A DNA stretch of 64,000 bases from an uncultured Candidatus Melainabacteria bacterium (GCA_934757255.1 CAKVLL010000004.1:5019-69018); one strand, 5' to 3'; shown: positions 1-9,780, numbered from the stretch's first letter. The notes: generated by a model from the letters alone, not told the origin. Made by a program: numbers and translations.

Positions 1-458
1 CCAAACGCTAAAACACAAGCCACTGCGCGCCTGTCAATTTCAAGTTTATTCATTATTTTTAATAATGGCGGAATGATTATGGGAATAAACGCAATATGAA
101 TCGGCACTATGTTTTGAGATGCCATAGCTATAAGCGTCAAAATACCAAGCAAAACAAACTTTTTCCCTGCAACAACCTCTGTAATTTTTCTTGATAAAAC
201 ATCCGTAAAACCTGAATGTGCCATTGTTGCAGCAAAAGCTCCAAGCAAAATATAACTCAAAGCTGTTTCAGAGTTTCCACCCATACCGGAAATAAACACG
301 TCCATGATTTTTTGGATATGCATGCCGGAAACTAGCCCAGCAACAATCGTTGAAATGATTATTGCAAGCAAAACATTCACTTTTCGAATACACAAAACAC
401 ATAATAGAAATACGGCAACTAAAGCAGGGTTTAAACATAGTTGTTGCAATATAGTCAT
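1..458 (-). CDS. Na+/H+ antiporter family membrane protein (YuiF-like), N-terminal part; gene continues beyond the left edge
   Basis: Not in the ORF track because it is truncated. My minus-strand translation from the ATG at 458-456 reads MTILQQLCLNPALVAVFLLCVLCIRKVNVLLAIIISTIVAGLVSG..GGNSETALSYILLGAFAATMAHSG..SQNIVPIHIAFIPIIIPPLLKIMNKLEIDRRAVACV. These blocks match my memory of Bacillus YuiF-type transporters. The start overlaps the upstream stop (TAATG). Confidence 0.8.
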   Translation of the reverse strand, partial: MTILQQLCLNPALVAVFLLCVLCIRKVNVLLAIIISTIVAGLVSGMHIQKIMDVFISGMGGNSETALSYILLGAFAATMAHSGFTDVLSRKITEVVAGKKFVLLGILTLIAMASQNIVPIHIAFIPIIIPPLLKIMNKLEIDRRAVACVLAF

Positions 459-760
459 TATCTAGCTTCTTCTTCCTGTAATAAATTTATTAAATCCAAA
501 GCAACTTCTTTTTGTAACTCTTCTGGAAGTGATTTTAGGTATTCAAAAGACTCTGCAATTTTTTGATCAGTATCGTACCAACGTCTAAGAACGTATGTAA
601 AAGCGTCTGTTAATATATTATCCGCCAAATCAATCCCGTTATCTTTTGATTTTTTTACAATCAAATCAGCACATTTATACTGCGTCATAATATTAGCATT
701 GCGCATAAGACTAACTGCTAAGCTAACTGTAGGATCAATATCATACCAACGTTTATACAT
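458..760 (-). CDS. hypothetical protein (100 aa) with an internal RWYD repeat
   Basis: Intact ORF translationally coupled to the downstream transporter gene. It contains RWYDIDP near the N-terminus and RRWYDTDQ at residues 59-66, plus an acidic C-terminus. I recognise no family. Confidence 0.6.
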   Translation of the reverse strand: MYKRWYDIDPTVSLAVSLMRNANIMTQYKCADLIVKKSKDNGIDLADNILTDAFTYVLRRWYDTDQKIAESFEYLKSLPEELQKEVALDLINLLQEEEAR

Positions 761-797
761 ACAAACACCTTTTTCTTTTTATAGTATAGTTTTTAAG

Positions 798-1085
798 TCA
801 TTTTGTCAATTCAGAGATTATATTTTTTTTCTTTTCTTCATCTTTAATTGAAAATAAAAGAGTTTTTTCTTTTGAAGTGTCACCTTTAACAATTTCTATA
901 CTTGTTTTAGGAACTTTAAATCTCTTTGATAAAAATTCGACAAGAGCCTTATTCGCTTTATTTTCAATCGGCTGAGCCGTAACTTTTACCTTGATAAATT
1001 CATCTTCAATTATCAAATCATTTTTAGAAGAATTCGGAACAATTTTAATCCTAATTAACAAGCCCTCAGAAGTTTCTTTTATCAT
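798..1085 (-). CDS. DUF167 / YggU-family protein
   Basis: The 95-aa ORF contains VKVTAQPIENKANKALVEFLSKRFKVPKTSIEIVKGDTSKEKTL, which matches the DUF167 signature (apP.dGkAN..l..fLa..l.v....v.i..G..sr.K). Its start overlaps the upstream gene's stop (ATGA). Confidence 0.8.
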   Translation of the reverse strand: MIKETSEGLLIRIKIVPNSSKNDLIIEDEFIKVKVTAQPIENKANKALVEFLSKRFKVPKTSIEIVKGDTSKEKTLLFSIKDEEKKKNIISELTK

Positions 1086-1969
1086 ACTTTTTGAAATACC
1101 ATCACATATTCATGCTTAAAAATATAGAAACCGCCGGCTAAAGCTCTGTATCTCCAAAGATTTGCGGTCTTTCCTTTAGCTCTTTCATTGCCTTGCATAT
1201 CTTTAATAATAATAGCTTTAGTTATAAAACCTAACTTGTTCATTCTTGCCATGCATTCAAAACCAAGAGGAATGTGTTGAGAATTTGCGTACTTATCACC
1301 AATAATCAAGCATGCAAAACGTCCTTTTTCTAAAAGATCATAGCCGTTTTTTGCAACTTTTTCGAACAAATCATAAAATTCTTCTGTTGTTGCACAGTTA
1401 GACAAGTCTTCTTTCTTATCAGAAAATTTGATAATATCATCATAAGGCGGATGAAGCATTAATAGTTGCGCTTGTTTTCTACCCATAATGTCAAGTCTTG
1501 CTTGAACTTTTTCTTTTGCTAATTCGCTTGCCGAATCGGCGCAAATAATATTAACATCAGTTACAAGTTGTTTTGGGGTGAATTTTTCTGAAACAGCTTC
1601 TGCTAATTCATCTTTAAGTTCAACACCAATACAGCGTCTATTCATATTTATAGCTTCAATTCCTGATGTTCCAGAACCGAAAAACAAATCAAGAACTATA
1701 TCGTTTTTCTTTGTATAACGTTCATAAATTTGTTGAGCAATTTGCGGAATGTAGTTGCCGTGATATTCGTTAGAATGTCCGCCTTCTTTTAAACGATTAG
1801 GAAATTCCCATAAAGTATCAGTTTTAACATGCTCATAATCACGCCATTTTTTTAAGTTAATATCACTATAAGCAGTGGTTTTCACAGCACTATCATCAAC
1901 AACCTTTAGAGCTGAGTTTTTTACAACTTTTTTCTCTTTTAAATTCGATTTAACCATATCTCTCCCCAT
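1082..1969 (-). CDS. SAM-dependent methyltransferase, N4/N6 DNA-methylase-like with motif order I then IV
   Basis: It has YHGNYIPQIAQQIYERYTKKNDIVLDLFFGSGTSGIEA (FxGxG AdoMet motif plus the preceding helix typical of N4/N6 MTases). About 75 aa later comes LLMLHPPYDD, a PPY catalytic-type motif. Confidence 0.65.
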   Translation of the reverse strand: MGRDMVKSNLKEKKVVKNSALKVVDDSAVKTTAYSDINLKKWRDYEHVKTDTLWEFPNRLKEGGHSNEYHGNYIPQIAQQIYERYTKKNDIVLDLFFGSGTSGIEAINMNRRCIGVELKDELAEAVSEKFTPKQLVTDVNIICADSASELAKEKVQARLDIMGRKQAQLLMLHPPYDDIIKFSDKKEDLSNCATTEEFYDLFEKVAKNGYDLLEKGRFACLIIGDKYANSQHIPLGFECMARMNKLGFITKAIIIKDMQGNERAKGKTANLWRYRALAGGFYIFKHEYVMVFQKV

Positions 1970-2127
1970 TCAATACATATAGTTTAAAGTATTGATTAAA
2001 ATTTGCAATCAAATAAATAGAGGATTTTTATAAAAATACATGCATTTTCAAAGTTATGCAAAATTGTTTATATAAAAAACAGCTAAATTCTTGCAATTAT
2101 ATCATATTTTCTGATATCATATATAGT

Positions 2128-2769
2128 ATGAAAGATTTGGAGTCTATAAATAAGAATAGAGAAGAACGTGCGAATTTGGCTCAATATAGTGAATTAATTG
2201 AAACTATATCTAAAGTTGAGTATAAAAAATTCTCAAATTTGGGTTTGATTGACCTTTCAGAAGTTATAAGCTTGGCGAATTACACCGTATACTATTTAGT
2301 AAACAATTCTAAAAACAAAGACTTATATACGACAGCTTATTTAACCAAGGCTATAAAATGGGCAATTAGAAATGAGATGCGTCGTCGTTACAAATGGCAT
2401 GTTATGAAAAATCAAGATTCTTCTGAGCAGGAAAAAATCAAAGATGCCGTTTATAAGACTATTCTTTCAATTGATGAAATGGCAGACGCTGAAAATCCAA
2501 CAATTATAAAAGATAACCACAGAACTCCTGAAGAAAAAGCAGAAATAGTCGAATTAAAGCACAGGATTTGTGAAGTTATGAAAAAACTTTCACAAAGAGA
2601 ACAAGATTTGATTGAAGCTAAATATTTTTACGATAAAAAGCTAAAAGATATATCGGCAGAATTTAATATATCACAATCGAGAATATCAAGAATTATTCAA
2701 AACGCTTTAGACAAAATAAAAAAAGAACTTTTAAAACAGGAAGAATTAAATAATGAAAACAATTTTTGA
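2128..2769 (+). CDS. sigma-70 family RNA polymerase sigma factor, group 3 (FliA/WhiG/SigF-like)
   Basis: Region 2-like YLTKAIKWAIRNEMRRRYKW and a region 4 HTH LSQREQDLIEAKYFYDKKLKDISAEFNISQSRISRIIQNALDKIKKEL. The track ORF starts at 2056. I prefer the ATG at 2128 because the first 24 codons look like AT-rich promoter sequence (TTGCAA..TATCAT). The start remains uncertain. Confidence 0.8.
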   Translation: MKDLESINKNREERANLAQYSELIETISKVEYKKFSNLGLIDLSEVISLANYTVYYLVNNSKNKDLYTTAYLTKAIKWAIRNEMRRRYKWHVMKNQDSSEQEKIKDAVYKTILSIDEMADAENPTIIKDNHRTPEEKAEIVELKHRICEVMKKLSQREQDLIEAKYFYDKKLKDISAEFNISQSRISRIIQNALDKIKKELLKQEELNNENNF

Positions 2770-4177
2770 AAAATCTAATGGGGTAGAAGGTATCAGTTTC
2801 GGAAGCAACGCAACTTTAGGCGATTTTCTTCCGCAAGAAATGTTAAGAAAAGACAAAATCGGACTTCCACAGCTTAGCGAATTAGAAGTTATGCGTCATT
2901 ACAAAGAACTTAGTGATAGAAACTTTTGTATAGAAAAAGGCTTTTATCCGCTTGGCTCTTGTACTATGAAATACAATCCAAAAGTCAATGAATTTTTAGC
3001 AGCTCTTGAAGGATTTACAAATTTACACCCATTACAAAGTGATGAGGATTCTCAAGGCGCTTTGGAACTTATGTATAAGCTTCAAGAAGCTTTGAAAAAA
3101 ATTACAGGAATGAACGCTATAACTTTACAGCCGGCAGCTGGTGCACATGGCGAATTAACCGGCATGATGGTTGTTAAAAAGTATTTTGAAACAAAAGGCG
3201 AATTGAATCGAAAAAAAGTTTTAGTCCCAGACTCTGCACATGGGACAAATCCTGCCAGCGCTAAAATGTGTGGGTTTGATATCGTTCAAGTTAAATCAAA
3301 TGAAAAAGGTCAGGTTGATGTTGAACATTTGAAAGAACTTCTTGATGCTGATGTAGCAGCAATTATGATGACAAACCCTAATACTTTAGGAATTTTTGAG
3401 GAAAATGTTCTTGAAATTTCAAAATTGATGCATGAAAATGGCTCACTTCTTTATTATGATGGGGCAAACTTTAATGCAATCATGGGATGGACGAATCCTG
3501 CATTAATGGGTTTTGACGTTGTGCATTTAAATTTGCATAAGACGTTTGCAACACCTCACGGTGGAGGAGGACCTGGCGCAGGACCTGTTGGAGTTGTTGA
3601 AAAATTAAGGGAATTTTTACCAACTCCAATTATTGAATGTATTAATGGAAAGTATGTTCGAAACTACAATATTGAACATTCTATAGGAAAAGTTAGAAGT
3701 TTCTACGGAAATTTTGGCGTTCTTGTTAGAGCATACGCGTATATTTTAATGATGGGTAATAATTTAAAACAAGCTAGCGCTGATGCAGTTTTAAATGCAA
3801 ATTATCTCAAAGAAAAATTAAAAGTAGCCTACGATTTACCTTATGATGAACCTTGTATGCATGAATTTGTCTTATCAGGTGAAAAACAGCATCAGCAAGG
3901 AGTTTCTACATTAGGTATTGCAAAACGTTTGATGGATTCAAATTGTCATCCGCCAACGGTTTATTTTCCTCTGATTGTTCATGAAGCAATTATGATAGAA
4001 CCAACTGAATCTGAATCAAAGCAAGTTTTAGATGATTTTGTTAACACAATGCTAAAGATTGCGGATGAAATTAAGACAAATCCTGAAGAAGTGCTTAAAT
4101 CTCCTCAAAAAACACCAATAAAGAAAGTTGATGAAACGCTTGCGGCTAGGCATCCGGATTTGGTGTTTAAAGATTAA
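2753..4177 (+). CDS. gcvPB: glycine dehydrogenase (decarboxylating) subunit 2
   Basis: Contains KTIFEKSNG.., GFYPLGSCTMKYNPKVNE, DSAHGTNPASA and the PLP-lysine block HLNLHKTFATPHGGGGPGAGPVGV, all characteristic of GcvPB. Confidence 0.95.
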   Translation: MKTIFEKSNGVEGISFGSNATLGDFLPQEMLRKDKIGLPQLSELEVMRHYKELSDRNFCIEKGFYPLGSCTMKYNPKVNEFLAALEGFTNLHPLQSDEDSQGALELMYKLQEALKKITGMNAITLQPAAGAHGELTGMMVVKKYFETKGELNRKKVLVPDSAHGTNPASAKMCGFDIVQVKSNEKGQVDVEHLKELLDADVAAIMMTNPNTLGIFEENVLEISKLMHENGSLLYYDGANFNAIMGWTNPALMGFDVVHLNLHKTFATPHGGGGPGAGPVGVVEKLREFLPTPIIECINGKYVRNYNIEHSIGKVRSFYGNFGVLVRAYAYILMMGNNLKQASADAVLNANYLKEKLKVAYDLPYDEPCMHEFVLSGEKQHQQGVSTLGIAKRLMDSNCHPPTVYFPLIVHEAIMIEPTESESKQVLDDFVNTMLKIADEIKTNPEEVLKSPQKTPIKKVDETLAARHPDLVFKD

Positions 4178-4201
4178 TTTTCTATCTGAGTAAAAGCTTT
4201 T

Positions 4202-4966
4202 ATGATAACAAAACAAGAGTTAGACAGTTTAGTAAAAAAGTATGAAACAAAAGATTTTATAAAAGATGACCCTATTCAATTTCCTCATCGTTTTTGCATA
4301 AAACAAGATATTGAACTGGCTAGTTTTATCGCGTCATTATTCGCTTATGGCAATAGAAAAATGTTTATTACAAAATTAAATGATTTATTTAATCGTGCAG
4401 ATAACGACATTACAAATTACATCAAAAATGGTGATTTCTCCAATTTAAAAGGCATAGAATATAGATTTTCTAAAGAAGATGATATTATAGAGATTTTTAA
4501 AATTTTACATACATTGTATACAGAAAGCAAAGGCTTAGAAGAATTATTTTCTTATAGCTGGGAAAAAGCAGAATATTCATTATTCTTTCAGACTATCGTA
4601 GATTATTTTTATTCTCGAGTGTCAAAAAATGCCGGTCACGGATTTTATCATATGATACCAAATCCGGCTAATGGAGGTGCAATGAAGCGCATGAATATGT
4701 TTTTAAGATGGATGATAAGAAAATCGGACGTTGATTTTGGAATTTGGAATTTCATGCTACCAAAAGATTTATTAATTCCACTTGATGTTCATGTTGCACG
4801 CATATCAAGAAATATGGGATTATTAAAAAGAAAAAGTAATGACTTTAAAGCAGTTGTAGAGCTTACAAACAAGCTTAAAAAGTTTTCGCCGGACGATCCT
4901 GTAAAATATGATTTTGCAATGTTTGCTTTTGGTGTAGAATTAAATAATAGAAAGTTAGGAGTGTAA
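4202..4966 (+). CDS. TIGR02757 / DUF2400 family protein
   Basis: Contains DPIQFPHRF, LFAYGNRK and KRMNMFLRWMIRKSDVDFGIWNFMLPKDLLIPLDVHVARISRNMGLL..DDPVKYDFAMFAFG, which matches my memory of the DUF2400 signature. Confidence 0.7.
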   Translation: MITKQELDSLVKKYETKDFIKDDPIQFPHRFCIKQDIELASFIASLFAYGNRKMFITKLNDLFNRADNDITNYIKNGDFSNLKGIEYRFSKEDDIIEIFKILHTLYTESKGLEELFSYSWEKAEYSLFFQTIVDYFYSRVSKNAGHGFYHMIPNPANGGAMKRMNMFLRWMIRKSDVDFGIWNFMLPKDLLIPLDVHVARISRNMGLLKRKSNDFKAVVELTNKLKKFSPDDPVKYDFAMFAFGVELNNRKLGV

Positions 4967-4969
4967 TTG

Positions 4970-5683
4970 ATGAATAAATACATAGAATCTAATTCAAAAA
5001 AGTTTTTAGTTATGTTACTTTTGATATGTTTAGTGTTTTTTATTCTAATTATAAAAGCATTTGAATATATTCCAATGACGGATAAAGATGCTATTGTCAG
5101 TCGTAATAATATAGAAAATCTTAATAAGCCGGCGGAAGAAAATGCCGAAGAACAGCAAAATAATCAGAATGAGCAAACTGAAAAACCGACTCTTGATGTT
5201 AAATTAACTCCTGATTTTGTTGATAAACAAAAAAATGAAGTTCAGACTGATGCAACAAAAACAACTAAACCTTTAGAAAATATTACAGACTTGCCAGAAA
5301 ACACTATAGCCACAAATAATTCTGAAGAAACTAAATCAATAGAGTTAACTCCTGAAGAAAAAGCTGATAAAATATTATTAGCAGCACAAAAATATAAAAA
5401 AGATAAGCAATATGTTAAAGCATTAGAAGAATATCAGAAAATACCTACAATTACAAATGATACAACAACAATTGCGCGCAGCTATGAAGAAATTGCAACG
5501 ATTTATGCCATTGTAAAACGTTATGGTACCGCATTATCATACGCGCAAAAAGCTTATAATATGTCACCGTCTTCTTCTAGAGAGATGTTACTCGCAAGAC
5601 TATATTACAAAACAGGCGATATAGATAAAGCAACAAAAAGAATAAATAATGTATTACAACGAGATTTTTCGTCTGATCGTTAA
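4970..5683 (+). CDS. membrane-anchored protein with low-complexity linker and C-terminal TPR-like repeats
   Basis: It has an N-terminal hydrophobic helix (FLVMLLLICLVFFILII), an E/Q/N/T-rich linker and C-terminal TPR-like helices (YVKALEEYQKI..ALSYAQKAYNMSP..LARLYYKTGDIDKA). AGGAG lies 8 nt upstream of the ATG at 4970; a TTG at 4967 is also possible. Confidence 0.65.
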   Translation: MNKYIESNSKKFLVMLLLICLVFFILIIKAFEYIPMTDKDAIVSRNNIENLNKPAEENAEEQQNNQNEQTEKPTLDVKLTPDFVDKQKNEVQTDATKTTKPLENITDLPENTIATNNSEETKSIELTPEEKADKILLAAQKYKKDKQYVKALEEYQKIPTITNDTTTIARSYEEIATIYAIVKRYGTALSYAQKAYNMSPSSSREMLLARLYYKTGDIDKATKRINNVLQRDFSSDR

Positions 5684-5702
5684 ATTTAAATAGAAAAGAA
5701 AT

Positions 5703-6575
5703 ATGTTACCAGAGATATTAGATACATCAAAGATAAAAAAACTTTTATTTTTAGGACCAAACGGCTCCTATAGTGATTTTGCAAAAAATAAATTTATTAA
5801 TGAATTTAATTTAAACTGCGTAAGTACAAATTTAAAATCTATTGTTGGTATAATTAAAGCACTCAAATGCGAAAATTCGGAAGATATTGTTGCAGTCATT
5901 CCAATTGAAAATTCTATAGAAGGTGTGGTCAGAGAAACTCTTGACAATCTATCATCTTTAAAAAACGAAGGATACAAAATAATTGCTGAAACAACAATGG
6001 ATATTGAGCATGCGCTAATTAGTTTTGCAAATAAAAAATCAGATATAAAAATTGTTCGCTCTCATCCACAAGCTTTAGCACAATGCAAAAATTATTTAGG
6101 TAATAATTTTTCTGACTTTTTAGTGGAAGAAGCAACACTTTCCACATCTGCAGCTATTCGTTCATTGTCACCAGAAAACAAATCTATAGCAGCTATTGGA
6201 AGTATTAATTGCGCTAAAATGTACAATGCTCCTATAATTGAATGCAAAATAAATGATGAATCAAATAATAAAACAAGATTTATTTTATTAGCTAAATTTA
6301 TGGCTCCACAAACAAAAAAAGATAAAACAAGTATAACTTTTTCTACTGAAAACAAAGCTGGTGCACTAAGTAGAATTCTATCAATACTTGAAAAATATGA
6401 ATTAAACATGTCTTATATAGATTCAAGACCTTCAAAAAAAGAACTTGGAGAATATGTTTTCTATATTGATTTTGAAGGCCATGTTCATGACAAAAAAGTT
6501 CAAAATGCTTTTGACGAAATGAAACCTTTTGTTAAAACATTTTACATTATCGGTTCTTACGCTTCTATAGAATAA
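5703..6575 (+). CDS. pheA: prephenate dehydratase
   Basis: PDT domain (LGPNGSYSDFA, IENSIEGVV, HPQALAQC, TRFILL) plus a C-terminal ACT domain (GALSRILSILEKYELNMSYIDSRPS..YVFYIDFEGH). Confidence 0.9.
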   Translation: MLPEILDTSKIKKLLFLGPNGSYSDFAKNKFINEFNLNCVSTNLKSIVGIIKALKCENSEDIVAVIPIENSIEGVVRETLDNLSSLKNEGYKIIAETTMDIEHALISFANKKSDIKIVRSHPQALAQCKNYLGNNFSDFLVEEATLSTSAAIRSLSPENKSIAAIGSINCAKMYNAPIIECKINDESNNKTRFILLAKFMAPQTKKDKTSITFSTENKAGALSRILSILEKYELNMSYIDSRPSKKELGEYVFYIDFEGHVHDKKVQNAFDEMKPFVKTFYIIGSYASIE

Positions 6576-6588
6576 TTTCAAACTACTA

Positions 6589-9500
6589 TTAATCAACAGA
6601 GAAAATTTCTTTGATATCATCCATAGTAAGTGATTTTGTAATATTTCTATCTATTGAAACTACGCTATCAACGAGATCACGTTTTCTGCCTTTGATTTTT
6701 TGAATCTTTTCTTCAACCGTATTTTTTGTAATAAGTCTGTATACAAATACTTTCTTTGTTTGTCCTATACGATAAGCACGGTCAGTCGCTTGGTCTTCAA
6801 CCGCAGGGTTCCACCAAGGGTCGTAGTGAATTACATAATCCGCACCTGTTAAGTTCAAACCTGTACCACCGGCTTTCAAACTGATTAAGAATATTGGTAT
6901 ATTCGGATTATTGTTAAAGTTTTCTACAGCAGCTTGACGGTCTTTAGTCTTACCGGTTAAGTATTCATAAGGAATACCTGAGCGTTCAAGCCATCCTTTA
7001 ATAATATCAAGCATGTCAACAAATTGACTGAATAAAAGAACTCTATGTTTTTCTTGAATAATCTGTTCCAGCATGCTCTTCAAGTATTCAAACTTACCTG
7101 ATTTCATTACACCTTTAACATGTTCTTTATCATAGAGTTTAGGGTGACAACAAATTTGACGCAATCTAAGCAATGCTGAGAAAATTGACATACGGCTCTT
7201 TTCAAGACCGTTAAGTTCAATACTCTTGAATAATTCTTCTTTTGTACTGTCGAGTACATCCAAGTAAAAGTCGCGTTGTTCGTCCGTAAGTTCGCAATAT
7301 GCCATGTTTTCAACTTTATCAGGCAAATCTTTCGCAACATCTCGTTTCATACGACGTAAGATGAATGGGAAAATTTGAAGTTTAAGACGTTTTTCAACAG
7401 TCTTATCTTGTCTTTCCATAATCGGTGTAACATAGCGGTAATTGAATTCCGCAACGTTAAACAAGAAGCCCGGCATTAAGAAATCGAATACAGACCAAAG
7501 TTCTTCCAATTTGTTTTCAATTGGTGTACCTGATAAGGCAAGTTTATGGTCAGATTGCAATTCCTTAACAGCTTGTGCGGTCTGAGATATAGCGTTCTTA
7601 ATATTTTGAGATTCATCCAAAATAACGTATCTAAAATTATATTTCTTTAATTTTGCAATATCACGTCTTACAAGCGCATAACTTGTAATAACAATATCGT
7701 ATTCAGGAATATGCTTAAATAAAGTTTTACGTTCAGGCCCTGAAAGTTTTAAACAAGTTAAATCCGGCGTAAACTTCTGAATTTCAGCTTCCCAGTTGAA
7801 TACAACAGTTGTAGGTGCAATAACCAAAGTAGGTTGAGGGCCGTCAACTTCTTTTGCTTTTTGCAATAAACTTAAAGCTTGAAGCGTTTTACCTAACCCC
7901 ATATCATCGGCAAGAATACCGTTCAAGCCATATTGATACAAGAACCATAGCCAATGGAAACCTTTAACCTGATATTCACGAAATTCTGCATTAACTCCTT
8001 TAGGAATTTCAATTCCGTCAGATGTTGTAGAGAATGTTGAAATTTGTTCCCAAAAACCTTTGAATTTGTCACTCATAACAAGTTCAAAACCTTGGTTTTG
8101 AAGTTCTGTAATCAAACCTACACGATAAGTTTTAACCAAAAAAGTGTTATCGCTGTTTCTGTACGCATCAAACGAGTTAAACGAGCGCATGATTTGATAA
8201 ATATTCTGAGCAGGATATTCTACGAAACCTAAACTACGAACACGCGCGTATTTTTCGCCACTTTGAATTGTTTCATAAATATCATCAAAATTAATAATTT
8301 CTTCGCCAACTTGACCATACAATTGAATTTCCATACTATCAGCGGAATCTTCAGAAAAGTCGATTTTTGCACACATTTTGAATGGTTCTTCTAACAATTT
8401 AAAGAAACTCATATCATCGCGTTCTTCAAAAATCCAACCTTCACCGGCTTGTTGTTTATAATAGTTATAAAAATCTATAGCGGTTTCTTTTTCTAAAGCC
8501 AAATTGTTTGTCTGCATTGGAACAAATTTACACGCAAGCAACATATTATAGGCCATTTGTTCATGTTCGTAATCACGTTTAATCCAATAAACAAGCCCTT
8601 CCTCCTCTTTGCTTTTTACAGAAAGATAAGGTGATTTGTCTTTGCTCTTTGAATAAGGAACTCTAACTCCAGAATAATCGAATTCCAAAGATGCTTTCAA
8701 AGATTGGTCATAATCAATCCCAAGAGTCACAATATTTACAGGCGGCTTGTGTTCAAGTAACAATTTAGAAATATTTTCAGCAATTGTTACGTTCATAATT
8801 TCTTGAAGATGTGGAAGCTCTTCATAAACAAATTTACCGCCATCAGCTTCTTTTAAGTCCGTGAAAGTCGATTTAATTATACTTTGCGGAAGTTCATTCA
8901 TCGCAATATTAATCGGAAAAATAATATTTTCATATCTTCCCCATTTGATTTGACGTGAAAAATACTTAACCTCTTCAAACGGATAAATTGCATCTTTATC
9001 AGGACGAGTCCAAAAAAGTTCTAATACAATGTTTGTTCCGCCATTTACGCTTGTCGTTGAAACATCTAAATTCAAATCCCAAACTTTATCGGTAAACTGT
9101 ATTCTATCTTTTGTTTTTTCGTCCAAAACTTCTTCTAATTCCGCCATTAAAGGAAATACTGGTGCAAATTTCGTAATCGGAATATCATACCAACCGGCTT
9201 TTTTATCCTGTTTTGCAATTTTCAAAAGGGTTTGGAATAAAGCTAGTTCTGCTTTTTGAGCATCATTAAGTTCAAAAGTCGGATCATTTTTTTGAACATC
9301 AATTAATGCTCTTAAAATATTTTCTAAAGAACGTACAATCTTATTAGTCGCTCTATCTCTAACTAAAATTGAGAAAAAGTTTTGACGTCTTTTAGGATTA
9401 AAATGAAATATATAACTGCCTTTTGGAGCTTCTTTAAGCGTTGTATCAACATCCGATAAATCAGGTTCGACGCCATATTTTTCATACATCCAATTATCAT

Positions 9501-9780
9501 ACGCACGTGTTTCGATTGCTTTTAATCCGATTGCAACAGCGTGTTTACACCACTCTTCTTTCAAAGGACAGTTGCATCTTGCTTCTACCTTATTTTTCTT
9601 AAAAATTAAATCGGTAACATAAAAATCTTGATAGTTACCTTTTACTTTTCCTTTAAAAAAGTTTTTCTCAGGGTAAGCTTCAAGAATCATGTCTTTTTGG
9701 TAATATTCATAACCACGTCTCCAGCTACCAGACGTTGCATTTTTCTTCAAAAATTTATAATCGAACATAAAATCACTCAT
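6589..9780 (-). CDS. SNF2-family helicase with N-terminal SWIM zinc finger
   Basis: SWIM motif CNCPLKEEWCKHAVA. SNF2 motifs ADDMGLGKTLQ (I), ILDESQNIKN (II) and DPWWNPAVEDQATDRAYRIGQ (VI). About 590 aa lie N-terminal to the helicase core. Confidence 0.9.
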   Translation of the reverse strand: MSDFMFDYKFLKKNATSGSWRRGYEYYQKDMILEAYPEKNFFKGKVKGNYQDFYVTDLIFKKNKVEARCNCPLKEEWCKHAVAIGLKAIETRAYDNWMYEKYGVEPDLSDVDTTLKEAPKGSYIFHFNPKRRQNFFSILVRDRATNKIVRSLENILRALIDVQKNDPTFELNDAQKAELALFQTLLKIAKQDKKAGWYDIPITKFAPVFPLMAELEEVLDEKTKDRIQFTDKVWDLNLDVSTTSVNGGTNIVLELFWTRPDKDAIYPFEEVKYFSRQIKWGRYENIIFPINIAMNELPQSIIKSTFTDLKEADGGKFVYEELPHLQEIMNVTIAENISKLLLEHKPPVNIVTLGIDYDQSLKASLEFDYSGVRVPYSKSKDKSPYLSVKSKEEEGLVYWIKRDYEHEQMAYNMLLACKFVPMQTNNLALEKETAIDFYNYYKQQAGEGWIFEERDDMSFFKLLEEPFKMCAKIDFSEDSADSMEIQLYGQVGEEIINFDDIYETIQSGEKYARVRSLGFVEYPAQNIYQIMRSFNSFDAYRNSDNTFLVKTYRVGLITELQNQGFELVMSDKFKGFWEQISTFSTTSDGIEIPKGVNAEFREYQVKGFHWLWFLYQYGLNGILADDMGLGKTLQALSLLQKAKEVDGPQPTLVIAPTTVVFNWEAEIQKFTPDLTCLKLSGPERKTLFKHIPEYDIVITSYALVRRDIAKLKKYNFRYVILDESQNIKNAISQTAQAVKELQSDHKLALSGTPIENKLEELWSVFDFLMPGFLFNVAEFNYRYVTPIMERQDKTVEKRLKLQIFPFILRRMKRDVAKDLPDKVENMAYCELTDEQRDFYLDVLDSTKEELFKSIELNGLEKSRMSIFSALLRLRQICCHPKLYDKEHVKGVMKSGKFEYLKSMLEQIIQEKHRVLLFSQFVDMLDIIKGWLERSGIPYEYLTGKTKDRQAAVENFNNNPNIPIFLISLKAGGTGLNLTGADYVIHYDPWWNPAVEDQATDRAYRIGQTKKVFVYRLITKNTVEEKIQKIKGRKRDLVDSVVSIDRNITKSLTMDDIKEIFSVD

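Noticed and set aside
2700-2760. Looked for a glycine riboswitch or T-box ahead of gcvPB and pheA.
   Set aside because: gcvPB starts inside the preceding gene and pheA follows its neighbour by 19 nt. There is no room for a leader.
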